The notes under the pieces are model-generated. The model was given only the letters and a program-made list of their open reading frames with translations, searched no databases and was not told where the DNA came from. A DNA stretch of 62,261 nucleotides, the filler included, from Choristocarpus tenellus KU-1152 (lineage: Eukaryota; Protista; Phaeophyceae): assembly GCA_964200185.2 (NCBI GenBank). It is 11 parts of 11 records of this genome, joined end to end, with 100 filler letters (N's around TTAATTAATTAA, not from the genome) between each part and the next. Parts side by side here need not be neighbours in the genome. Positions count along the whole stretch, not along the records: positions 38,660 to 45,593 come from CAXNAD020007024.1; positions 45,694 to 49,940 come from CAXNAD020015495.1; positions 50,041 to 54,262 come from CAXNAD020015612.1; 8 more parts are not named here. The stretch is one strand, 5' to 3'. The translations under genes and the position numbers were made by a program. Positions 38,746 to 51,522 of this stretch are shown here, in pieces; position 1 is the stretch's first letter, and each line of letters begins with the position of its first letter.

Positions 38746-39175
38746 ATTAATGTTCTGGTGAATAATTCTGGTATATTTGAGGTAGAGGAAGCGATCCACC
38801 TCAGAATAAGTGGATCACCAACGGCTCGGTATAGATCCTGCATCATTTTTTCGACTTGATTCTTAGCATCCTCACAAATCGCCCAAGTGCTCCTTGCGCT
38901 GACTGGACTTTGACTTGGCGCCAACAACTGCCCGGGGTGATTTCATGGCATTTTTTTTCTAACATTTCCCCGTTAACACCATACCAGCCATATACTCCAA
39001 ACGTAGATCTACGTTGAAGTGGTGGGTTTTGATCCAGTGGTATTCCTTCAGTAAGGAACCCATATTCACCTTCAAGGCAGATTCTGCGTTTTCATCTGAC
39101 CATTCACTTTCCTTAACATAATCCTCCACACATAAAAGGGCGTATCCTGCAGATGAGTCTACTTCATACTCTTGT
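38746..39175 (-). CDS. Possible two exons of an unknown gene divergent from the epimerase
   Basis: ...EDYVKESEWSDENAESALK|GTGAAT and GGGCAG|LLAPSQSPVSAR...FTRTLM|GTAATG join in phase 0. Confidence 0.35.
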
Positions 39176-40028
39176 AGTTACCCACCCTCACTGTGTTCAG
39201 AGTACCTGTGCGCATTCATGGCTTACTATGCAGTCGTAGATATGTTTATGGTGCTTGTGTGGTTGGGTGTCTGTCCTCTCCTCTTAAAAAAACATTCCAG
39301 AGAAGAAAAATACAACTCCCAATAATCGGTGTTTTCGGTTTTGATCAAACTCCATATTCTTCAAATCAGACGCGGGTTCTATTTTTACAATTCACAAAAT
39401 ATATGTATGGTACAGTCTATAATTTTTCTCTGACTTCAATAATATGATAATTCTATCCCTCAATTCCTTCACATTATTATTCACATACATTGTGAAGAAG
39501 AAACTACACAATATAAGAAATAACCATGAGAATTTTCAACATCAAATTCTATTGAGTAAAATTTACGAAATTGACGTAATCGGAAATGTATCATATATCA
39601 TGAATTCTTATTAGTCGTACTTTCTATTACTATGATAATATATTATTAGCAGCAACAATTAACGTTGTTTGTAGTAAGTAGTAGTATAAAATCCACAACC
39701 TTAAACTATAGACCTCTTCTTGTATACAAATGTAGGAGTTAGGTGGAAGGGTAGGCGACACTTCCTACTGGCAACATATATATCAGAATCTTAATTGTGA
39801 ACTTGTTTCTGGTTTCTCACAGAACCAGTTACTACTGTAACGGGGTGACTTGCTATCTGACGATAATAGAATCGTAATCCCAGTCAACCACCATATATCA
39901 CAATTTTCTTCGAACCCCACATTACCACTCTCACCAAATCGTTCCAGTATTGGCTATATACTAGGTTGTAAAGTGAAATTAATCTGTGAACATCAAACCT
40001 CAGCCAAGTCTAGCAAGGACGCGAAACC

Positions 40029-42967
40029 ATGCCTGCGCCACGGAACATTGCGCTTGGCAGTCTGGTTATCGCCGCCTTTGGACTATCTGTATCAGCGGGA
40101 AACGTTGCTATCCCTGCTGAGCCATGCAATCCGGCTGGCAACGTAACTGTTCGGTACGCCGCAAGTACTGAGAGAGTATACATAGAGAGTGAGAGTGGTG
40201 ACCCTGGATGTGTGACACTTACCGACATCTGGGTGTCGCGTGGAGGAAAAGGACCTCTGTATGCCGTTGACCCTACCACAGGAGAGCATTCGATCAACGC
40301 CACTGGGACTTGGTTACTGACAGAGTCGCTCTATGTCGTTGACGGAAACACCCTGAACGTGAGTTTGAACCTCTCAACTCGAACATTTTATTTCGTCATT
40401 GATCGAGATCAGTGCTTGCGTTCCATAGGTACCCTCACACTCCTCTCAGTTAATCGAAAAGATGCTCGTTCCCTCACAACGGTTGCCTTGTGACTTGTGG
40501 ATCATGCAGGTGCAGGGGTGCTTGTTCTTTGGCAAGTCGAAGTAGGATCTATGCCATTTTTCTTGCATAAGATCAAAGAAGCAAACTACAGTCATCAAGA
40601 ACAATCTGTTTGAGGATGTTTGCTTGAATGGTATCTCCCAATTATGTAGTCCAGAGTGCATAGTTAGCTAGAGTCTACTTAGTTCTAGCATGCTGTGTAG
40701 TGATTGCTACGAATATATCTTTTTACCATGCCACTTTCCTATCTTACTAACCTTAGGTTCATGGTGGTGAAGGTGGTGACTGTGATGAGCTTCGTCTGCT
40801 AAGCAATGAGACGTCGCTTATCAACCTGCGGGCGCACGGCGGCAGTTTCTCCTTTGTTGACACCAAAGTTTTCTCTTGGGATGAGCAGAAGAATACCTAC
40901 GACACCAACACAACTGATGGCCGATCGTACATCAGTGCTTTGAGCGAAGTCATCTATGATCCTGCTCTCAACTGCTCTGGGATGGCCCTGAACGAGATGG
41001 GGGAGGCACGAATGGACATAATCCGATCTGAGATGGGTTACCTTGGATACTACGATTCAGAATCGTACGGATTGACGTGGAAGGTACAAAGGGTATTTGG
41101 TAGTACTGTACGTACTTGTGGTACACGTCAGCTATTCTTCCATACGTCGTCTGTGACTAGTTATTATTATATTTCGCGATCTACGTTTTGTAGATGTCAT
41201 ACGGAGTCTATGATCGCTTCTTGTACCGTGCACCCATCATCTCCTCTTTGAATCTACATGCCTGTTCAAAAATGTTAGGTGCGTGGCTTCTGTGTGGACA
41301 AGACAAATAAGCAGGTGTTTGATCATGTCAACGTCTACGGAGACATAATCGAATCTGACATCCACCACAACTGTGAGGCAGAACACGATTGTCATTTTTT
41401 CATAATTCCCCTAGCTCCCTTCTATACTAGATTAGGGATCTGACATTGGAACAGTTTGAAATAGAGCTCCCTCTACATGAGTTATAAGCTGACCAAATAC
41501 AGGATTATGATTGTGCCAGAAGTAGAAGGCAAATAGTGTTCAGTATCCGATCATACGGTGTGGTCCTTGTCTTTTTTTGGACTGTTGAGAGCAAATCATA
41601 CATATGAACATCCTTCATCTTGTATACCCTAGAGCAGAAATGTACCACAGTGAAACCACCTCATTTATTATTAGTGATGTAACACTGTCAACGAAATAGC
41701 ATCTAGTGGGGGAAGAACTTTCATGAACACTTTTGACCTATAATTCCTAGTTGAGACAACTTCGAGCAATCACTAGTCTTATGTAGTACTCCATATTGAA
41801 CTCAAACATACCTGAGAAATGTCACAACCAAACAATTTGTGATAGAAACAGTTGGAAGATTGTCATATTTTTGGAGGGTTGTACAAAGTAATTGTGGGGT
41901 ATCTTTCCAATTCTTCTACACATTTTCATCTCGACCTCCATTATTTGTCTGAACCTGATTTTTGCCTTGGCACTTGGGAAAGTGACATGTTGATATTGAT
42001 ATGGTGTACACCTCACCGAACGTTACATTTATTTTATCTTGCAGACTTCGGCATGTACACATACGGCCACCAACAAGGAAACTGGAGCAACAATATGATG
42101 CACGACAATGAAAAATATGGGTTCGATCCCCATGATGATAGTGATTACCTCACCATCCACGATAACAAGGTGTGGAATAATGGTAACCATGGCATCATTG
42201 CGTCGAAGCGCTGCAACAACGTCAGCATCCAGAACAATGAGGTTTGGGGTGGCATCAATGCTGGTCTTTTCCTCCATCGCAGCAGTGATGGAGCTATTGT
42301 CAAGGGTGAGTTTTATGTATGCTTGCCAAAATGAACCATGTTGCATACATGGTATGCTTGAGTCAGGAATGCAATTTATACAAGCCCTGTCAAAGAGATA
42401 AAAATGTTCTTAGACTATGAAAAATACATGCTCCTTCAGTCAAACAATTTACTAACACAAATCCCATCTTATATCAATTTCTTTCCACCAGGTAACTATG
42501 TCCATGACAATGGTGATGCTGGCATGGCCATGCTTGAGTCGTTTGACAATCTTATCACTGAGAATGTCTTCGAGAACAACAAATATGGCATCCGCCTCAG
42601 TGTGGGATGTGGACGCAACACCTTCACCAACAATGTTTTGACAAATTCGAGCAAGTACCAGCTCTACACCTACCTTGGCTCTGATCTTCCTGATGTGCCT
42701 GACACAACTGGCAGGCCACTGCATAATGTTTTCAGTGAGAACACTATCACCAAGACAGGGGAGGACTGTGTTAAGATCAAAGAAGCAGACTACACTGTCA
42801 TCAAGAACAATGTGTTTGAGGATGCTCTGGGGCTCACCTTCACAAACTCTACAGAGACAAGTTGGTATGACAACACACTCGACGACACTGAACCTACATT
42901 TGAATTGAATGGGTACGCCTGCATGGCATCAGATTCTGACCCTTCACTGGAGGAATACTACTGCTAG
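40029..42967 (+). CDS. Mannuronan C-5 epimerase (AlgG-type beta-helix, alginate-modifying), complete; exons 40029-40358, 40757-41083, 41279-41372, 42045-42305, 42492-42967; 495 aa
   Basis: Signal peptide; DCDELRL, NLRAHGG, GRSYISA, EARMDI..SEMGYLGY, SYGLTWKVRGFC, catalytic YGFDPHDDSD, HGIIASKRCN, GLFLHRSSD; exon lengths sum to 1488 nt with all GT-AG introns in phase. Confidence 0.96.
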
Positions 42968-43841
42968 CGATGCTTCTGCGTAAAGACATATTTTTGACTC
43001 TGTTTTTTTTTGTATTTCTGGTAGTTGATGCATGTGGAAGACACTATGGTTGTATTGCTTTTGCTTGGTGTATTGCTTCAATTGACACAACTTCTTAATG
43101 GTTCCTGTTTTATGCCATTATCGTTTTATTTAGTCTGCAGCAATTTACCACATTTGTTCAGGCACAATTAATTTCGTTGCCTTTTTCTAAAATGTGTTGA
43201 TTCCTACGGTAGATCTTGGGAATGTGTGTATCTGTGCAGGCACAGCAAAAATTGTAGTATCGATGTAAAATAGAACCTTGAGCGGGGGCTTGATTAAGGC
43301 CTTTGGTTTAAGGTATGACAGTAGTCCTGTGCGAGCGCAACCTGGAGTCCAATGCTTCCAGTGTTCTTCGAAGTTGAAGAAGTCGTCACCAATAATATAG
43401 TCGAACATGTGTGTTTGAGCATATGACAAGGCAATAGGCCATAGAAGCCGGTTGTATTTTTCAATTCCTGTCTCTATCATCAGTCATGTAATATTGCGTT
43501 GGTTTTGCTCTCTCTTGTACAGCAGCCTGGAGTCTCATGCTAATAGTGTACATTGATGTAGTTTCTCCACGATTAGAGTCGTGCGCATGTCAATCATTTG
43601 ACAATCCATTAGGCCGTAGACGGTTGTAAGAGATCATTAGTGATGATTACATGAAGGTAGATGCTGCGAGCAATTTTTGAGCTTAGTGACATGATACACG
43701 GTGTATCAGATCTGAAAATGTACCAAACCATAGGTCAGGAACAACGATATTATATTACTAATTAAATGTCTCATGTCATGGATTTGTGTATTGACGATTC
43801 TTTTTCAACAATCGAAAAACTCATATAACAGAACGGGAATT

Positions 43842-44079
43842 GAGCCAAACCAATGAGAGGTAGGCAAGTTTGGACCTTTTTGCATTCCAAGTAATCTATC
43901 TTACCCTGCACAACACTCTATGCTATTCCTTTCTTGACCAAAACAGTGTACGCAAAATTTGTATTCCCCCTTTCCACGTACAAAGCGACACCATAATCAA
44001 GCAAACCACATTTTGCAATTGTACCAAACGACGTATTTTTGCCATTTCTGGGGATCCTTAAATTGCAACTCTGCCTACC
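43842..44079 (+). mobile_element. MITE family C, right TIR eroded
   Basis: GAGCCAAACCAATGAGAGGTAGGCAAGTTTGGACCTT...GGATCCTTAAATTGCAAC. Confidence 0.8.
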
Positions 44080-45064
44080 AAGGTATACACATAATCTTGT
44101 AGAGCATCACTTGATTCTCATTCTTTCTCACTCCAACTGGTGCTGAATGAGTCTCTGTTCAGTCTCGATAACTATTTACGCATGATGGTGGGCGGCACAT
44201 GTTAGCTAGACATGAGAAAATACATTACCAATAATTTGTGGACATGCTTCCAAATGCAATTTCGAATAATATTCTGTGCCATATAGGAGGGTCGTGAACC
44301 GATTTTATTTGTGTAATCCATAAAACACAATGGGACTATTGATAAACAATTGTTAGGCAGTCACACCCATATCTAGCGGGTTCCTCTGCTACGAGCGAAG
44401 GTGTAAGTATGTGTCTGCTGCCAAGCAGGATGATATGAGAATCTTTTGCTTGCACTATCTGCCTCCTAAATGCTATACAACACTATAAGCACGTGTCATA
44501 AAAGAGTAGGTGCGACTATTAGTGAAATCGACAAAGTGAAATACATGTAGCATGCCATTACCCATACCACCTGTAGTCCTGGGCACCTGAGCAGGCTAGG
44601 TATACTATGTGGGGAAACCGTGCTCCTCTCATGTGTCATGTCCCTTGCATCCATGTATGTATGTCCACTGCCAACTCTGCTGAGTCTGGTCAGCTGGGTA
44701 CAGCAGCATTACAGGCTTAAGTGTTTGTTCGTTTGACACTTTACTTGACGTTCAGCGTCCCAATAGTGCTTTGAGTGGTTCCCTGAGTGCAGTCAGACCC
44801 CTAAGACTGTGACCTTCGAGACGAGGGAGGGACGTTTACACCTTCCTTGAATGTGCCAACGGAAATGGTATCAAGCTTGCTTCGATCGAACATGGTCAAC
44901 CCTAGCCTTACTGTGGTCAAGGTCTCGTTCACCTCTTCTATGGAAATATGTGGGGCATCCCTGCATTAATTTGCATGTATGCGACGATTGAAACATGAAG
45001 ACCATTGTCTAGAGGTGGGGCCTGATTCATGCATTACTTTTCTCATGCTTGCACGAGGGCTAAA

Positions 45065-45313
45065 GAGCCAAAGTAAACAAGAGGTACCCAGGTTTTGGCC
45101 GCTTTGCATCCTTAATCTGTTTTCAATCTTATTATGCAATTCACGTACATTTCTGTTTTGACTTTGAGATCTGAGAGTGTATATTTCTATGTTTGAAGTT
45201 TTTCCAACACAATTCAGAAAATATCCTATCATCATTTGAAAAAACGCCGAGTTTGGACATTTTGTCATTGTCCTTAAATTGTGACTCTGGGTACCTCTTC
45301 TTTACTTTGACTC
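45065..45313 (+). mobile_element. MITE family D, full-length
   Basis: TIRs GAGCCAAAGTAAACAAGAGGTACCCAG / CTGGGTACCTCTTCTTTACTTTGACTC; flanks TAAA/AAAA. Confidence 0.85.
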
Positions 45314-45693
45314 AAAACAGAGAGCTTTTTTTTGCAAAAGAGCAGTGCTGAACTTCTCGCTGTCCCTGTTCGTAGATAGTGCTGCTGATACACTATAGAC
45401 ACCACTGTTGGATTATGTGATAGGGTAGAGAGCCAGTGACAGATATATTACATGTACTGACTCATAGTGTTGATTGGTTATATCATGTTCAAGATACACT
45501 TCCTATCTATACTTAAGATGAGTAAATAAGCAATTCATAGTATGTTAGTGTGGACGATTACAAACCCCACACTACAGAGTAATGATGGTAGTTNNNNNNN
45601 NNNNNNNNNNNNNNNNNNNNNNNNNNNNNNNNNNNNNTTAATTAATTAANNNNNNNNNNNNNNNNNNNNNNNNNNNNNNNNNNNNNNNNNNNN

Positions 45694-46803
45694 GCCACAA
45701 CATGACCGTGGCTGACGGCACATCACTACCCATTGTGGGGTATGGCAAGATTGATTTGAATGTCAATGTTGGTCGCGATGAGTGGGTGCATGTTACTCTG
45801 ACGTCTGTTGCACTTTTTCCCGAAGATAACTTTCAATCTTCTCTCTCAACACATTCTGCTAGTAGGGCTATGGAAGTGAATAGCAATGATGTTGATGATG
45901 ATGGGGTGGATGAGGCCAAGGACAGCCAATGTGAAAGAGAATTACGACGGCTCAGCATTGGAAATGGTGAAGACAACATCCTTCCCCACCGCACCAGATC
46001 AGGCAATCATCCTACTTCCGCCAAAGCTGCTGTTTTTAACATGTCCATTTTTTAAAAATGACTTGTTAGTCTGTTTCCATAGAGACTGCCCTTGTGATAT
46101 GTGCGAGTGATAATTCTATTAGAGTGTTAGCGGATGAGCTCCCTCCAGAACCCAAGACTGTAAGAGCAGCACGTAGCTCTCCCGAATGTGATTTATGGGG
46201 TCGAGCTAGAGCAGAAGAGGTGTCTGGTTTGTTGTTGAATAATGTTTGGGTGGAGGCTGTATTACCCCCTGGAAGCAGGGCAATAGACACTAAATGGATT
46301 TACAAGCGTAAGACTAACAATTTTGGCGAGGTAGTTAGATACAAGGCACGTTTGGTAGCAAAAGGTTTTTCGACAGATTGAGGGTTTAGATTACCAAGAT
46401 ACCTTTGCACCAACACTGTTCCCTGCGTCTCTGAAAATGGTTTAGCATTAGCTGCAGACAAGGATTGGGAATTAAAGCATTGGGATATGAAGCAAGCTTT
46501 TATCCAAGCAGACATTAGAGAAGAGATCTTTGTTCGTTTATGTGATGGATGTCGTTTATGGTCTGGAACGATTGTACGTTTAGTCAAGGCCAGGTTGGTA
46601 GCACAGGACTTCACTCAACAAGAGGATGTACAAATGTGATGTGTGTGAGAATTCAACCAATCTGACGTCTTTTACTTCCATGGAAAGTGCGCAGAATGGG
46701 AGTGTACACAATAAGATGTTTTAGGTTTGAGAGTTCCAGCAACTCTTTCAATGCCTGCACTCTCATGGGGGAGTGTGCAAAATATGACAATAGTGGAGTG
46801 TAC
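45694..46803 (+). mobile_element. Ty1/copia retrotransposon relic (post-protease segment, integrase deleted, partial RT, putative PPT and 3' LTR start)
   Basis: TVADGTSLPIVGYGKIDL; EPKT...W..A..EE..L..N.VW, KWIYKRK...YKARLVAKGF, HWDMKQAFIQADIREEIFV; purine tract GGGGGAG followed by TGT at ~46767-46776. Confidence 0.9.
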
Positions 46804-47099
46804 NNNNNNNNNNATGTAACTAATGAGATAGTACATCCAGATATTATATGGAATTTGTTTGTTATTCATTCCCTTTCGTTACTTTGAAATAGATAGCGAA
46901 AATACAATAATAATAAACAAACGATGAGAAGACACCCCACAAAGGTCACTCTCTCTTCCTATTTCAACCATGTAATCACGTTCAGCAAAGAGGGTCGTGT
47001 GAGGCTTCACACCTTCTTATCTTCACTAGTAACAAATAGCATTACCTCCCAAGGAAATTTGCACAGTGGCAAAAGGTATGGAGAATGGACTTTGTTTGC

Positions 47100-47606
47100 G
47101 ATCAAGTGGACCAGAAACGAGGTGTGTACGCCTCCATGGCAAACACGATACATGTGGACGAAACCTGGTTTTACGTGATGGACTGTACTTTAGACCATTT
47201 GTGGTGCAGGAAGTGGTATACGGAGGAGTTACTGCCTACAATCAAGACAAGATGCCTCGGTTGCAGGTGAAGCACGTTGTCGTTCAGGAAGACGGTGGGT
47301 GCCACCCCCTACATGAGCAAGGGCAACTCAGAAATCTTGTCAGGGGCAGGGAAGACTGAGGGGTGGTCGATTAAGCTTGTGACGCAGTCATCTAGCTCCC
47401 CCGACCACAATATCATGGACCTATGCTTCTTCAGGTCTTTGAAATCGCGGGTGATGGGGGAGCGGTTTGGGTTCGTCAAGGAGATGGTGAAGGTCACTAA
47501 GAAACAGTATGAGGAGTATGATGAAACCACACATGAGAGGACTTGGAAGGTCTTTTTTGTGGTATACAATCAAATACTTAGAAACAAAGGGGAGAATGAC
47601 CTTTAG
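47100..47606 (+). pseudogene. Second mariner (DD39D-like) transposase relic with internal deletion
   Basis: TIHVDETWFYV, VVVQEDG, WSIKLVTQSSSSPDHNIMDLCFFRSLKS. Confidence 0.85.
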
Positions 47607-48418
47607 TGTGGAGCACACAGGGGTAAGGAAGAGGCAGCTGTCTGGTGAGCTTGAAAATTAGCCAAAGGTAGACATGGAGGCTTTTCTGTGGCTGATAAAA
47701 TTGTGATGGATGGGAAGCAATAATAATAATAAGAGCTGATCCTAACCAGAAATTTGTCAAGGATTCCAAATCTTTCAGAAATTAATGTCATCAACATCTT
47801 CAAGAATTATGGACAACGCGGCACAGACTTATGGCACGGAGGTTGTACAATAATTTGGCAGTGGGACCCAAATAAAAAGTCAGCGGTCTGTGTGTGTGTG
47901 TTTCATGCTGTCGACCACTGTTTGGAACATTTCTTGTGCTGCACCCAATGGGACGGTTCCAAACCAGTGGCGAAATGACCCTGACTGGAGCAGATTTGCT
48001 GTCTTGTCAGTATCTGCTCAGCACCCGGAGCTGTCACGATAAAATGGCGCCCAGTGGCGGTGGTATCCACATTTCAATACTTGAAATTAGTGAAGGTCAG
48101 ACTGACCGTTGCTCTGTGGGCCTATTGCCTCTGACATTTCTTGCGCCACAATGCACGGAATGCCCTCCATCCACTTGGAAAATATATTTACCATCAGCAG
48201 TTCATCAGTGCATTCTTTGGTATGTTCATGGGTGGTGGGCGTGTGGAGGTAGCTACAAATTTTGTCCAGAATAGCTGACACTACGAGTCTAGCTACAAGC
48301 CGTGTTCTTGGGTTTTTTTATTTGCAAAAACAACACTCTCAGCCCATGGTCACAAGATCAGTAATTTTTTTGAAACGTATGCTTATTGAAGAGGCCTGGG
48401 TTTAATGATATACCGTAA

Positions 48419-48676
48419 GAGTGAAAGTATCTTAGAGGGTACGAGTTTTGCCCTGTTTGTCCATTTGGGGCTTGGCTTCCCACGGGTTTTTTAAGGAAAT
48501 TTTCCTACTCCAAAATGTTTCGGAGTAGATAAAATGTATACCTTATGAAAAGGTGTGTATAGAACAAGCATATTTACACTTCCTAACAAACACGATAGTC
48601 AAAATTACATCAAATCGCAACATTGCATTTTGGTCCCCAAACGGACGCGGCTCTACCCTCTAAGATACTTTGACTC
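48419..48676 (-). mobile_element. MITE family B, full-length
   Basis: TIRs GAGTGAAAGTATCTTAGAGGGTA / TACCCTCTAAGATACTTTGACTC; perfect 4-bp TSD GTAA (48415-48418, 48677-48680). Confidence 0.93.
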
Positions 48677-49338
48677 GTAATACAGGGTGCGTTATGCTGC
48701 AAGTATATATAGAGCAATTGAGGGGGAAATCTTAACTGCCTGGATTATAATATTTCATGCTTGGGTTGTGGATCATCAAGTGCAGTGAACGTGATGTCAA
48801 CTGGGACCTCGGGTCACCATGAAATAGGGGACGATCTGCCCTCCATTTAGAGGGTTAGAAGCTCTTGGTTGCCGAGGTAGATTCCTCGCTTGTTGTTGGA
48901 ATTGTTTTGGGGTGCAGCTTCTATAATACTTACGGCTGGCTTTGGTTGTGATATGTTCAACACGCCAATTAGCCGATGTCGACGATACACCCCACATACT
49001 CTTGACCAAGCAAATTTTTCAGTCTATCGCAGGTATGGGATGTGCTTCCATACCCTCAAAAGTTTCATACTATACAAATACTGACTGTACTATTACGTTC
49101 TTTACATCATTGTCATGCGACAAGATTGAATGCAGTATAACACGAGCACTGGACTACTATGCTGTACTGCTGCAGTAGACTGCACGGTTCAGTACTGTAC
49201 GGCGTAATTGTCAGAGGTAACTTTAGGACACCACACACCAACTATACAGCACAACGTTTATGTCTTACATCCTGTGTACAGAGAGCACTTGACAGACTAA
49301 AAGGAAACTGCCATTTTGAATTGTAGGAGGTACATCAC

Positions 49339-49443
49339 GGGTGGCCATTTTGCATCTTGCGACACCTTGTACAAGGTGTCCCTATACATTAATCCCATAT
49401 GGACACCTTGTGGGACGTACCTCTACGAGCAAAATGGCCACCC
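49339..49443. mobile_element. 105-bp foldback element/MITE with 15-bp perfect TIR and 5-bp direct repeat
   Basis: GGGTGGCCATTTTGC...GCAAAATGGCCACCC flanked by ATCAC/ATCAC; internal palindrome GACACCTTGTACAAGGTGTC. Confidence 0.75.
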
Positions 49444-49533
49444 ATCACACTACAAGGACACAGTACAGACATTCCAGTATAACAGAAACGAGTGCAAAAT
49501 TTCAAAAAATTCAATCATGATCCTCATCAGTAG

Positions 49534-49940
49534 GAGTGAAAGTATCTTTAAGAGTACGAGTTTTGAGTCATATTATCTCAGAGGGTAGAGCCGCGTCCTT
49601 TTGGGGGGCAAAGTCCAATGTTGCGATTTTGATGTAGTTTTGGCTATACCGTGTTTGTTAGAAAGTGTCAATATCATTGTTCTGAATACACCTTTTCATA
49701 ATGTATACATTTTACCTACTCCAAAACATTTCGGAGTAGAAAAATGGCATAAAAAATTCGTGGGAAGCCAAGCCCCAAATGACCCAAAGTATCTGGGGGG
49801 GTAGAGGTTTGCACCAGGGTGTCCATTTTGGACCATAACCAGGAAAAGTGCACTTAGACCCAAAGTATCTGGGAGGGGGGGGGGGTCTACACCAGGGTGA
49901 CCATTAGGACGAAAATAAGGAAAAGTGCAATTCCAGTATC
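49534..49940 (+). mobile_element. Nested MITE stack: B (49534), B (49565), A (49781), A (49857), truncated by contig end
   Basis: Four successive element termini, each interrupting the previous element mid-sequence. Confidence 0.85.
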
Positions 49941-51264
49941 NNNNNNNNNNNNNNNNNNNNNNNNNNNNNNNNNNNNNNNNNNNNTTAATTAATTAANNNN
50001 NNNNNNNNNNNNNNNNNNNNNNNNNNNNNNNNNNNNNNNNTGGTAGATGTGTATCATATCAACAAGGAACAAATGAGTAGCCTATGTTTTAACAAGTCAC
50101 ACCTCGAATACCAAACCCCCAACTTCAAATCCTTGTTGCCAGAAAACAGCGGCACATTACCTGGTCTAGGTTGTGCTGGAGAGCTGGTATTCTTGACAGT
50201 ACCTATGAAACTGAAGTAGTAAGGATAAAGGAAGAGGCGAACCAGTCATCTACTTGTTCAATCAAATTCAAGGACGCATGCTTCAACTGCATCCGTGGTT
50301 ACCGCTGCGAATGCTGGTGTTGGCAACCACTGTAGTATCCCACCAGAGGGCCATGGAATCTAGGTTGATGTCTCAGGGGCTACAAACTCTCACAATCACC
50401 AGAAGAACGAAATTTGATGACAAAGAATGAATTAATTATGCAAAGAATGAATATTTGCCAGATGTTTAAAAGGAAGGAAAATACAAAAATTGTGTAAACA
50501 AATGAGCACATCAGAACTTGTCCATGGTGAGCTTATCATTGACTACTATGCAAAGCAATTATTTCAATACTGAAATCAAGATAAACATACTGTCAGACAA
50601 CTTGTATATTAATCAAGAAGTACTCCGGAGTATTTTGCTCATGCATTTTATAGGTAAGTTGGTAATTATGATAAATAGGCCCATCTAGGAGGGTCTGGAC
50701 CCCTCAGGGGTTGCGCATTGGACAGGGGAGAGAAGGGGGAGTGCAGCACAACACCTTGCATCTTTGCATGTGAGGGAGATTATGTTGAAGTCAAGGTGTT
50801 GTGAAATCTGACCTTCATACCAAATATGCTTCAGAATATAGATTGAAGGGCTCAAAACTTCAAATTACTTGCAGAGAGGAAAAACATGTCTATTGATCTG
50901 GTGGTATGGACAGACAGGAATTACTTGGTAATATGAGGTACATATGTGAGAGGTCGGAAAGCAAGTCTATAAACCTCGTTGTGGAAAGTTTTTTTCCTCT
51001 GAGGACAAGAGCCAGCATTGATATCATACAGAGACAGGTGAACGAATGGACAGGAATTTCTTGGTTTAAATTGAACGTATGTGAGAGAGCAGGTACTGGC
51101 AACGTGCACACAAACAGAAAGATGGGCGGAGAAGAATTACTTGGTTTTACAGGTATGTATGTGAGAGAAATCCGTTTAAGGACAACTTCTTTGCGAAACG
51201 CAACATTAGAAACATTCCTAATCTCGTACCACTCCATGTCCTACGCACATGGTGCCCATTTGAA

Positions 51265-51522
51265 GAGTCAAGGTATCTTAGAGGGTAGAGCCACGTCCAT
51301 TTGGGGGCCAAAATCCAATGTTGCGATTTTGATGTAGTTTTGGCTATTGTGTTAGTGAGGAAGTGTCAATACCCTTGTTCCGAACGCACCTTTTCATAAC
51401 ACATACATTTTACCTACTCCGAAAAGTTTCGGAGTAGGAAACTGTCATAAAAATACCGTGGGAAGTCAAGTCCCAAATGGACAAACCGGGCAAAACTCGT
51501 ACCCTCTAAGATACTTTCACTC
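51265..51522 (+). mobile_element. MITE family B, full-length
   Basis: TIRs GAGTCAAGGTATCTTAGAGGGTA / TACCCTCTAAGATACTTTCACTC; perfect TSD TGAA (51261-51264, 51523-51526). Confidence 0.93.

Noticed and set aside
7785-42967. Apparent cell-wall gene cluster (sulfotransferase + alginate epimerase)
   Set aside because: The genes are on different contigs joined by artificial spacers, so proximity is an artefact
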